A DNA stretch of 64,000 nt from Callorhinchus milii (Eukaryota), in contig NW_024704743.1 of NCBI RefSeq assembly GCF_018977255.1, positions 25,484,001 through 25,548,000 on the forward strand, read 5' to 3'. A program made the position numbers and the translations under genes. This document shows, one piece after another, positions 1 to 11,200 of this stretch (the first letter of the stretch is position 1; every line of letters begins with the position of its first letter). Below the pieces are notes generated by a model. It worked only from the letters and a program-made list of their open reading frames with translations, ran no database searches and had not been told where the DNA came from.

Positions 1-2237
1 TGATAGAATAAAGCATAACTTCACAATTCATAGAATCTGAGACAGCGCAGAAGGAGGCCATTTGGCTAATTGATTCTGAACTGGCTCTCAAGACAAGGTG
101 TTCATTCAATCTCACTGCCATGCCTATTCCCATACACCCTCAAGCCTTTATCTTTCACAAACTGTCTACTTCCATCTTGAAACCACCCATTTCACCTACA
201 ATCATTACATACTTTATCGGAAACTGGGTGAAGTGCTTGGAGATATTTCAATGAGATAAAGCAATATATCAAGTGGAAGTGTTATATTACAGTATTATAA
301 CTGTATCTCAAAGTGAGTTTATGTGGCCAAAGAAACTCCAATATAGGAACTATTGATCTGTAGTATATCCCAATGTTGCATTTTACAGTGAGATGAACCT
401 AACATGATGAACTAGTTTATAAGGTCATTACCAATCAGGGGTTTAATGCTCAATCTACTGCAAATCCCAAAGATGAGTTTAGTAGATCAGGCATGGCTCT
501 AGTGTAATAATAATCTGCATCGTAACAGAATGAACTTGCATTAATTTGGGATACACCAGTCTTTCCCCAACCCTCCAGGAGATGGATCTGATGTTCACTC
601 CATTCAATTGATGGCATTTGCATTGCTTGCATAGAGATTGGTACCTGCTGTCCTCCGAGTGAGCGCTCTAACCCGTGCTTGTCAGATGTTAATCATTCAT
701 CCAATATGGGTCACCCACTTCTGATGACGAGATGTTAGAGATATTTTGAGAAGTGAAGCTCTTTTCTTTGTCAGATCCTAATCATTCTCCATTAATTACA
801 TATTGCGCTGATAATTGACTGGGGTTTTACCCAGTTTGAAATCGCTGAAAGAGATTTTTTTTGATAGGGTGGATTTCTCAGGAAAAGCATAGAGACCAGC
901 CCCACCCCCTGGAACTCCATCTCGCAGTCCATCCACCTCACACCCTCCCTTGCCTGCTTCAAGACCCATCTCAAGAGCCTCCTCTATGACCGTGCTTTTG
1001 ATCACCCTGCTTCCCCCCCTGCCCTCCACGCTCCCTGACCACGACCCCCAGCTCGGGTCTAAAACTCTGTCTGTCCAGCGCCTTGGGACGTCCTCCAGAC
1101 GTGAAAGGCGCTTTACAAATGCAATTTTGTTATTGTTGTTAAGTGAAGTAAGGTTTAAAAAAGCAGCTGTTTCTTATATGAAGATCTTTGAGACATCTAG
1201 AAGACGTGAAAAGCGCTATATCAAATGCAAGAATTATTATTATTATATAAGACCCATATGTTAAAATGGAATTCAATAATTAAGTGTAAAATCTGAATGC
1301 AGCCATTTTCTCCAGTGTAACATAAGAGTCTTACAAGTAGGTGGAGAGAAGAGAATACTAACCTGCTCTCCGAGATGCTACCCCATGTAAAGAATGCAAG
1401 TTGTTGCTAAACATGGCCAGAATATCCAAAAGAATAATAAATCAGAAGAAATGAATCACCCGCATAATGAACAAGGACTCAAATAACAGATGGTTTCATT
1501 ATTCATGAATGTAAAGGTAAAATGTGAAGTTCATGGCGAAAAAAAATCAGATGGGTCTAAGGATAAAATGCAAATATTTCCGTGTTGAGAGCTGGTGTGT
1601 TTCAAATATTCCAATAGACAAAAAGCAGGTGTGAGGTGTGTGAAGAGTCTGCCAGCAATAATGGATGAATTAAACTTTAACCTACAATTCTGCTGAGTGG
1701 TGAGGCGCTGCACGCAATGTCTGCTCATAGTCTGATTCACTGTGCCAGGTTAAAAAAAACAAACTTTTTCCCTAGCCTGCAAATCTGGTATAATTCGAAA
1801 ATTAAGTCTGGTTCCCATCGAACATGTAGAGAACTCAGAATCCACGTAACTTAATATGTTGTGGCATAAAACCAGTCTTAGAGAGACTTGGCAGTGAATT
1901 TTCATTTGTTGTGGCTAGTATATCTTACTCAGATATTTAGGATGTCACATTACAGCAGGCATTATGGATTACTGTTTTCAGCCAATAATAATCACTATCA
2001 ATCTTTGAGCAAGTTTCCAAGGACCAATGTTAGCGTTTAGAAGACCACAGACAATGCTTTTGGTCACATTACAGCAGATTTGTTTAATCCTTCTCACTAA
2101 TTCAACTTGTAAATTAACATTTGTGGATTAACATATGTGGAGTCCATGCAAGCGAGAAGACCCAGTTACGATTCCGAGGCAGGGCGAAACCATAGGATAA
2201 TTTCTTACTCCACACGCCTATGTTAACCTAGCAGTAA

Positions 2238-3174
2238 CAACAACAAGAATACATTTATATAGCGCCTTTCACGTTGGGAGGATGTCCCAAGGCGCTGGAC
2301 AGAGTGCAGCATTTCAGACCCGAGCTGGGGTTGGGGAGGTAAGGGAGGGGAGGGGAAGGGGGGTGGCCGATGGCCTGGTCAAAGAGGAGTGGGACTTGAA
2401 GGAGTCTACGGAGGTGGCGAGGCGGAGTGACTGGGGGGTAGAATTCCAGAGGTTGGGGGCAGAGTGGCTGAAGGCTCTCCCGCCAATGCTGAGGCGGGTG
2501 GGTCGGAGGACGTGGAGCAGGCCAGAGCCGGCTGAGCGGAGGGAACGGGTGGGTTGGTAGGGGGTTAGGAGGTCGCAGAGGTAGGGTGGGGCGAGTCCAT
2601 GGAGGGCTTTGTATGTGAGGACCAGGATCTTGAACTGGATCCTCTGAAGGATAAGGAGCCAATGGAGTCGGGCGAGAATGGGGGAGATGGGGTCATGGAG
2701 TTTGGTGCGGGAGAGGACACGGGCTGCATAGTTCTGGATTATCTGCAGCCTGTGGACGGAGGAGTTGGGAAGGCAACAAGCAGGGAGTTTGCATAGTCGA
2801 GGCTGGAGGTGATGAAGGCATGAACAAGAGTTTCAGTGGCCTGAGGGGTGAGGTAGTGGCAGAGTCGGGCGATGTTACGGAGGTGAGAGAAGGCAGAGCG
2901 GGTCATGGCTTGAATGTGGGGGAGAAAAGACAGTTGAGGGTCGAACAAGACACCCAGGCTCCTGACCGGCTTGGTGAGTTGTAGTGAGCAACCATGGAGG
3001 TTGATGTTGCCAGAGCCTGAGGTGCAGAGGCGCTGGCATGAGCCAATCAGGAGGGCCTCAGTCTGGTTCACATTCAACTGTAGGAAATTTCCCCTCATCC
3101 AGGACTTAATGTCTGACAGACAGTCTGTCAGGACAGCAGTGGTCTTGGAGTTGAGGGTGGAGGCAGAAAGATAG
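2238..3174 (-). mobile_element. 5'-truncated L2-clade LINE inserted into a SINE
   Basis: Decayed RT C-terminus ([25 protein letters not shown]); 3' stem-loop and (TTG)n tail; AGTAA duplicated at 2233-2237 and 3175-3179. Confidence 0.85.
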
Positions 3175-3835
3175 AGTAAGTAGGAATCCAGTTGTTAGTC
3201 TATTGGCAGATCACTTTCCGGGGATAATAATTCCTCCAAAAAAATTTGCTCAATCAATCCACAACAATTTGTTGGACATTGCTGTGCACAATTGACTACC
3301 GTGTTTCGCCAAGAAAATATACAATCAATTCACTCTTATATTCTGTGAACGGCTTTGAGACATCTGAACCGTGTGATAAGTCACTATATCAAATGCAAGG
3401 ACTATTATTATTATTTTTGAAAAGCTGCCCTTGAACATGTTGTTGCTCCCATCATGTTGTTGCCCCCATCACGTCGTACACCGCTCCTATTCCCACAAAA
3501 CCCCCTCAAATATCAGCCATCTCCACTCCCTCAAGGCACAGCTGAATGCCGCAGGCAATAATACAATTCTAACAGTTCACCGCTATCATCCTTCTACTCC
3601 AGGACTGTCCTGAAAACAAGGATAACCCTAGGCTCCTCTACTCCACCACAAACCAGCTCCTCCACCCACCTTCCCATCCCATCATTCTCGCCTCCAACTC
3701 CAAATGTAAGGAGATGATGAAATTCCTCAAGTCCAAATTCGAAGGGATCAAAGCGCTGCACAGGGTAGAGCGGAGTGCCTGTCGGTTTCTGTAGATGAAA
3801 TGCAAAAAGTCCAATATTTCTCAATGGGTTTAAAT

Positions 3836-4290
3836 TCAGCAGCCAAGCTCAGTTGGTAGCACATTCACCTCTGAGTCAGAAGGTTGCAGGTCCAAGCCCC
3901 AGGTCGGGATTTGGAAGCACAGTTTAAGCTGACTTTCCAATACAGTGCTGGGGGAGGGGGGGCGGGGGGGCGGGGGGGGGGGCGCGTTGCATTGTTAAGA
4001 GGTGCCATCCTTCGGATGAGTCGTTGAACCGAGGTCCCGTCTGCCTGTTCGGGTGGTTGTTCATGATCCCGTGGCGCTGTTCAAAAAGGGAAGGGAGTTT
4101 CTCCCCAAGTCCTGACCAACAAAGCCCCCAAATAAAATTGGTTGCCCACTCCATGGCTGCTTGTGGGGCATTGGCGTGCGCAATTGGCTGCTGCGTTTGC
4201 CCACAAATTACGCAGTCAATACCACTTTACAGTGTAACCTGTGAAGCGCTTTGAGATGTTGTGACTGTATCAAAATGCAAGGATCCTCCC
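3836..4290 (+). mobile_element. tRNA-head DeuSINE-like element (SacSINE1/AmnSINE1-type central domain) with L2-type tail
   Basis: A-box-like AGCTCAGTTGG; central GAGGTGCCATCCTTCGGATGAG...AACCGAGGTCCCGTCTGCC...GATCCCGTGGCGCT resembles the Deu domain as recalled; tail GTGAAGCGCTTTGAG...AAATGCAAGG. Confidence 0.65.
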
Positions 4291-4299
4291 CTGTGAGGA

Positions 4300-4480
4300 A
4301 CAAGACACGCGCATGCGCACAGTCACGGGCCAACCCGAAGGAGCCTGAGAACCACAGCTCCCGGCACCCACCGCGCCGGAGGACTGCAGCTCCCGGCATG
4401 CGCCGCGGCTTCCGGATGAGGTGACGGTTGATCCGCGAGCTTCGTCGGTTGACGGTTGAGGCTCCGGAGCCGCTCGTAAG
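4300..4480 (+). promoter_or_regulatory. Probable EXOC3 CpG promoter and non-coding first exon
   Basis: Short CpG-dense patch with NRF1 palindrome GCGCATGCGC (4309-4318), ETS-like CTTCCGG (~4409) and candidate donors at 4476 (gtaagg) or 4481 (AG|gtaaca). No transcript evidence is available. Confidence 0.65.
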
Positions 4481-4490
4481 GTAACAGCAC

Positions 4491-5405
4491 TCCTCCACCT
4501 CCCAATCCCTCCCTCCACCTCCCAATCCCTCCCTCCCTCCACCTCCCAATCCCTCCCTCCCTCCACCTCCCCTCCCAATCCCTTCCTCCACCTCCCATTC
4601 CCTCCCTCCCTCCACCTCCCAATCCCTCCCTCCCTCCACCTCCCCTCCCAATCCCACCCTCCCTCCACCTCCCCTCCCATTCCCTCCCTCCCTCCACCTC
4701 CCAATCCCTCCCTCCCTCCGCCTCCACCTCCCAATCCCTCCCTCCGCCTCCCCTCCCATTCCCTCCCTCCCTCCACCTCCCAATCCCTCCCTCCCTCCGC
4801 CTCCACCTCCCAATCCCTCCCTCCGCCTCCCCTCCCAATCCCTCCCTCCGCCTCCCCTCCCAATCCCTCCCTCCGCCTCCCCTCCCAATCCCTCCCTCCA
4901 CCTCCCCTCCCAATCCCTCCCTCCCTCCACCTCCCAATCCCTCCCTCCCTCCACCTCCCCTCCCATTCCCTCCCTCCCTCCACCTCCCAATCCCTCCCTC
5001 CCTCCCTCCCTCCACCTCCCCTCCCAATCCCACCCTCCCTCCACCTCCCCTCCCAATCCCTCCCTCCGCCTCCCCTCCCATTCCCTCCCTCCGCCTCCCC
5101 TCCCAATCCCTCCCTCCACTCCCCTCCCAATCCCTCCCTCCCTCCACCTCCCTCCCAATCCCACCCTCCCTCCACCTCCCAATCCCTCCCTCCACCTCCC
5201 CTCCACCTCCCCTCCCAATCCCACCCTCCCTCCACCTCCCAATCCCTCCCTCCCTCCCTCCCTCCACCTCCCCTCCCAATCCCTCCCTCCCTCCACCTCC
5301 CAATCCCTCCCTCCACCTCCCCTCCCAATCCCTCCCTCCACCTCCCCTCCCAATCCCTCCCTCCGCCTCCCCTCCCAATCCCTCCCTCCCTCCACCCCGA
5401 CCCCC
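4491..5405. repeat. C-rich/G-rich low-complexity tandem tract built from CCTCCACCTCCC / AATCCCTCC(CTCC)n modules
   Basis: About 0.9 kb of nearly pure pyrimidine on the + strand, interrupted mainly by AAT/ATT and single A/G. Confidence 0.95.
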
Positions 5406-5407
5406 GA

Positions 5408-6178
5408 CACTGGCAGTGAGTGACCCGAGCCCGGCAGTGAGTGACTGGAAACCGAATTACCAGCAATGAGCCTGGCACTGAGTGACCACAGCCTGGCACC
5501 GAGTGACCACAGCCTGGCACCGAGTGACCACAGCCTGGCACCGAGTGACCACAGCCTGGCACCGAGTGACCACAGCCTGGCACCGAGTGACCACAGCCTG
5601 GCACCGAGTGACCACAGCCTGGCACCGAGTGACCACAGCCTGGCACCGAGTGACCACAGCCTGGCACCGAGTGACCACAGCCTGGCACTGAGTGACCACA
5701 GCCTGGCACTGAGTGACCACAGCCTGGCACCGAGTGACCACAGCCTGGCACTGAGTGACCACAGCCTGGCACCGAGTGACCACAGCCTGGCACTGAGTGA
5801 CCTCAACTTGGCACTGAGTGACCAGCACTAAGCCTGGCACTGAGTGACCACAGCCTGGCACTGAGTGACCGCAGCCTGGCACTGAGTGACCTCAACTTGG
5901 CACTGAGTGACCAGCACTGAGCCTGGCAGTGAGTGATCATCACTGAGTCTGGCAGTGAGTGACCAGCACTAAGCCTGGCAGTGAGTGACCAGCATTAAGC
6001 CTGGCAGTGAGTGATCATCACTGAGTCTAGCAGTGAGTGACCAGCACTGAGCCTGGCAGTGAGTGATCCCAGCCAGGCAGTGAGTGACCGACACTGAGGC
6101 TGGCAGTGTGTGACTAGCACTGATCGTGGCAGTGAGTGACCGACACTAAGCCTGGCAGTCAGTGAACGCAGCCTGGCG
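5408..6178. repeat. Minisatellite with 21-bp unit GAGTGACCACAGCCTGGCAC(C/T), degenerating to ~26-bp variants
   Basis: About 15 near-perfect 21-bp copies at 5468-5800, then longer diverged units such as GAGTGACCAGCACTAAGCCTGGCAGT to ~6178. Confidence 0.95.
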
Positions 6179-6720
6179 ATGCTTAATTATATTTTTTAAA
6201 CAAATCTTTACTCTGACTTGATTTGTGAGAATCACCATGTCTGCATTAATCAGTTTTGAAGCACACAGCTTTCGTAATTTAGTCTACACAGTTTTTAGAT
6301 TCACTGTACACCAGAATGCTGATTGCAGTACTACACTTTTTTTTAATAAAAAAAGCTTAATGCTTTACACAGTATAAACAAACTTCCTTTATTCAGAACT
6401 TTGTTGGAGGATCCGAATGGCCTCCATTGTAAAGTGCTGGTGAATTCAGGAGGTATTTGTCATCACTTTCTTGGTCGGCAGTGCTGATATTTGAGGCATT
6501 TAGCTGAAACACTGAATTGCTTTTTGTTTAAAGTTAATCCACTTAAGACAAGTGAAGTAAGGAAATCGCAGCCTTTCCTGGCAGAAATTGTTGCATTAAC
6601 AAAATAACTGTGAACCAATTTATTGCAGATTCGCTGCATGGTGACTTCCTGGTCTCAGTCTTGTCAACAGAAGACTGAGGGTTGCTTGAAGGAGGGAGGG
6701 GAATTCTTTCATGTGTTGTG

Positions 6721-7028
6721 CAGGGGTGTCAAATATACTGCTGGCAGCCCATAATAATAACAATATGAGGTGATATTTGGTGGCCCGCCCAATAGTTTCT
6801 AAAATTCAATTGATATACTGCACTGGAATTTTTCTTTAATCCAACCCTTTCTTTAATATAAGGCGTTACACATTCAAACCTGTGCATTCTGCATTGCCTG
6901 AGTAACATTCCCAATAAACCAATGACATTATGTATACAATGTATTGCGTATAATATTTTTTACAGTGCGACCCACCAAGTAGTGTCAACTTAAATGGCTC
7001 TTGCAGCCAGATGAGTTTGACACCCCTG
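6721..7028. mobile_element. Non-autonomous hAT-like DNA transposon (MITE)
   Basis: Perfect 13-bp TIRs CAGGGGTGTCAAA / TTTGACACCCCTG; no TSD visible. Confidence 0.75.
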
Positions 7029-8075
7029 ATATAAAAGGTCTGTTAGTGTAGTTAGTTTGACCTATGGTGAGGTTACCATAAATATCCCGCTGATATCTCA
7101 GAGAAATTAATACTTTTGAATATTGTAAAAAAAAACTTGCTCTGATTGTGATTTCTTTCAGACACAAAGCTCTTGATTAATACACTGCATCAGGGCTAAT
7201 AAAGGGCCTTCAGAACATGTCTGGGCCTGACATTGAATTAGGGAAGTGAAATCATAGGAGGAAGCTGCAGTCAGCGCTACCTACATGGCACTATTCTAAA
7301 AAAAGCCTGAAGTTCTCCCACATGACAAACCATCAGCTAATGCCCACTAAAGTATAATGTAGAGAAAGATCCATTGTGAGCTGGTGACCCAAGTCCTCCA
7401 TATTTAGTATCTCCATCTTGTTATCTGATTTTGTCCATTCTGGGCTTGTGCTACAACAAATTTATACTGATAATGTTGACCTATACTCCCATTTATTTGA
7501 TTTTCATATTCCTCCAGGGCCTTGCCAGGGGAACCTATCACTGAAACATTTGTTTCCTTTTTCCTCCACTTTTGGTTTATTTTTCTTTCAGCAAATGTAA
7601 TTCCTAAACAGGAGAGTGTAATGATAGTGTGAGTCATTAATAGAAGACTTGTTCCATCCAGTAACACAATAATCTTTACCACCAATCTTTGTGCCCACAA
7701 ATTCAATAATTTATACACCAGACAATATTGCTTGTTTTACATTGGTGGTTTCTGAGAGCGTTGGTTTGAACAGATGTTAGAAAATAAACCAACAGAATCT
7801 TGGAATGCCCTCCCTCAATCCACCAGTGTTCTTCCTGTCTCAAAGCTAGTTGTCTGCAGACTGGTTATAATAATAATAATCCTTGCATTTTATACAGTGC
7901 CTTATCACACCATTGCGATGTCTCAAAGCGCTTCATGGGATATTTTGTGTATTTTGTGGGCGAAAATATTGATTGTGTCCTGATGGAATATAATTAAAGG
8001 TTTGAAATGAATCTGCAGAAATGTCTTTCAGGTTATTCTAACAGGTTGTTAATGCACTTGCAGTAGATCTTGAAG

Positions 8076-8219
8076 ATGGAAAAGACTGACCGGGAAGCAA
8101 TGGCGACAGCTGTGCAGCGAGTGGCTGGGATGCTGCAACGACCTGATCAGCTGGACAAAGTGGAACAATATCGCAGGCGGGAAGCTCGCAAGAAGGCATC
8201 TGTGGAAGCCAGACTGAAG
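8076..8219 (+). CDS. EXOC3: EXOC3 coding exon 1
   Basis: ATG in good context (AAGATGG); MEKTD...VEARLK; donor AAG|gtcagt. Confidence 0.95.
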
Positions 8220-11200
8220 GTCAGTGCATAAAGAGTCAGTGATCATGCTAAGCAATACATTATGCACACTACTTGAGCTTGGAGATGCTGAACTGTTGCC
8301 CAAAACAGGGTTTCTTTATTGGATATGGTAAAGCAGAGAGGATCTGCTCTACATTCTGATATAGTGATGAGATTTTTAAAAAGATGTACTTTTTGTTTTT
8401 TGTGTATCATTTTAAAACTGTGGAAAACTTTTTAAAAAGAAGAGATATCAAACTGACCATGGCAGTAATTTAATTGCCTCACTTGAAGAGCTGCCTTTTT
8501 ACTTAAGCTTCAGTAACTGTACATTACTATGTTACGAAGACATCAGTTTGTTGTCATCAATATTTTCGTAGCTACTTGCAGGTGGCTCCTTTAATAGCAT
8601 TCATTAATAAATAAAAGTCTGTGTTCCTCCTCTTTCTTGCCCCTTCCATCTTTGTTACTCAGTCACATCAGGCTTTTTCAATTTTAGTGAACATTAGATT
8701 AACTTTTTATCTTTCTAATTCCTTTCCAACAGATGCACATGCTAGCTAAACTGGTAAATGCATGGCCAAGAAGAGGATAGATTATTATCGAGGGGAAAAG
8801 TATATTTCTTCTCATTTATTCTGAGTTGAGTGCATCCAGACCTTAAAGTGTCAACTCTTACAAATTTTAAACTGTGAAATTTTACCAAAAGATGGCAGAG
8901 GGATTAATTGCCAATAAAGGGAAGTTTTAGTGGATGAGTTAGCTTGTTATCCAAAGTTTTCATGCTATCTTCCTATTTTGCTTTGAATGAAGTAAGCATT
9001 CGGCAGTATTTAATGAAAAGGTTTGTGCATCATTTAAATCGCATACCAAAACCTGTGGCATACTGCTAAGCAAAACACATTGGCTCACTGAGGGAATTAA
9101 TAGGACGTTCAGATCTTTGAAATTATTGAGATTTCTTCCAGGGTCTCCATACTTAAAGTCTTGTGTTTCTTGGAGCTCTTTTTACAAATGTTTTATTTTC
9201 AATTGTCTTTCAGGCAGCTATCCAATCTCAATTGGATGGAGTAAGGACTGGGCTCAGCCAGCTTCACACTGCCTTGAATGATGTTAAAGACATTCAGCAC
9301 TCCCTGGCAGATGTCAGTAAGGACTGGAGACAGAGCATTAATACAATTGAGAACCTGAAGGATGTGAAAGACGCTGTGGTACAGCATAGCCAGTTGGCAG
9401 CTGCTGTAGAAAATCTAAAAAATATTTTTTCAGGTAATTTTCTTTTTAATGAATCTGCATGTGATTTACAGAAACTTTAGGCTGAAAGTAATATAAAAAT
9501 GAACACATTTGTAATAATAATAATAATAGAGAATGAATATAACTTTCAATAGTAGAGAATGAATATAACTTTCAATAACTTTTCATGAGAAGTTTGAAAG
9601 TTCTTTGAGGAGTGTAAAATGTACATGAAGCTTTTAACTGATGTATGCAAGTGACATACTTTTTTTTCTCAATTTGGCAATAATTTGGAACTTACAAAAT
9701 ACAATTTAATTGTTGCTCCCTTGAGAATACTGTGAATAAGCTATTACAATATTGCTCTGATCTCATTATAAGGATTTAGAGAAAATGACTACTTTGGGTG
9801 ATCAGCATAAGTTTAACTTGTTTAGAAATAACTTAATTCGCTGAAACATTTTTATGTGTATGTAAAATTAATTTGAAATTTATAATTACTTGACATGCAT
9901 TAAAGCTGCATTTCCACCCCCAAGATTTACAAAGATTTCTGAAGAATGTTCAGCACAGATACTTTACCTAACCAGTCCATGCCAGTGTTTAGACCCCACA
10001 AGTCTCCTTAGTACTCCTTACTCCCTCCCTCCCATACCCTTTTATTCACCTCTCAATCATGTGAAGTTCTAGCTTCCGCTTAAATGCATTTACACTATCT
10101 GAACTTGTGTTTACAATATCTAATAATAATAATATAATAATAATCCTTGCATTTGATATAGCGCTTTTTCACGTTGGGAGGACATCCCAAAGCGCTTCAG
10201 AGAACACACACTGTAAAGTGAATTGACTATATATTTGTGGACGAACGCGGCAGCCAATTGCGCACAGCAATGTCCCACAAACAGTCGTAGATTGAAAGTG
10301 ACCAATTTATTATTGTTTTTGGTTTTGGAGGGATTATTATTAGGCTCTGTGTGGAGTAAGGAAACTTGCCCAAGGTTTCGCCCTGACCTGCCTGGAATTG
10401 AACTCAGGTCTCTCGCTTGCAAAGCGAGTGCTCTAACCACTGAGCTACAGGACTCTAATATCTGATTAAAGGGTTAAATTATGAGGACAGGTTGTTTAAT
10501 CTTGATCTCAATTCCCTTGAGTGTAGAAGGTTGAGGGGTGATCTGATTGAGGTTTTTAAAATAATAAACAGATTCGATAGGGTACGTAAGAACATATGCT
10601 AAACGAAAAAAGACCAAGATCCATCTACTTCGCCTTCCACCTTCCTGACAGTCGCATGCATATATGTCCCGAACTACCTATGTACTATATCCCATGTTGT
10701 TATTTCCTAAAAGCAAACTATCTAATCTAATAGATACAGAAAAACTATTTATTCTGGTGGAGGAATCCAGAACAAGGAGGCATAATCTTAAAATGAGAGC
10801 TAGGTCATTTAGGAGTGAAATCAGGAGGCAATTTTTCAGCTAATAAGTAGTGGAAATCGGGAATTCTCTCCCCCAAAAGCCTGTGGATGCTGGATCCATT
10901 CATTTTCAATACTGAGGTGGATAGATATTTGTTAGGTTAAGGTATAGAGGGATATGGGACAAGGGCAGGTAATTAGAGTTGAGGTGCAGATCAGACATGA
11001 TCTTATAGAATGGTAGAACAGGCTCAAGGGGCTGAATACTGTTCCTATATTTCAAAACATAATCAAAAATGATTACCTCTTCAGGCAGCAAATTCCAATT
11101 CTCATTACCCTCTGTGTGAAGTATTTCCCCCTAAATTCTCTTCTAGATCCCCTGGTCGCTCTTTTGTGCTTATGTCTTCTGGCTACAGACTCCCTAACCA

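Noticed and set aside
1355..1420. Possible minus-strand exon with AG|GTTAGT donor upstream of EXOC3
   Set aside because: The sequence resembles the retroelement tail fragment at ~38100-38160 and gives no recognisable peptide.
5468..5800. CRISPR-like regular repeats
   Set aside because: Head-to-tail units with no unique spacers, no cas genes, and a vertebrate context.
4208..5882. Long ORFs of 532, 507 and 351 aa with Gly/Arg/Glu-rich and 7-aa repeats
   Set aside because: They are translations of the C-rich tract and 21-bp minisatellite, open in several frames because the repeats lack stops; no domain or splice support.
9527..9577. 26-bp tandem duplication TAGAGAATGAATATAACTTTCAATA(G)
   Set aside because: Ordinary intronic slippage duplication with no sign of function.
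10385..10456. tRNA-Ala gene
   Set aside because: The acceptor and T stems pair poorly and the sequence runs into a SINE body and tail present in many copies.
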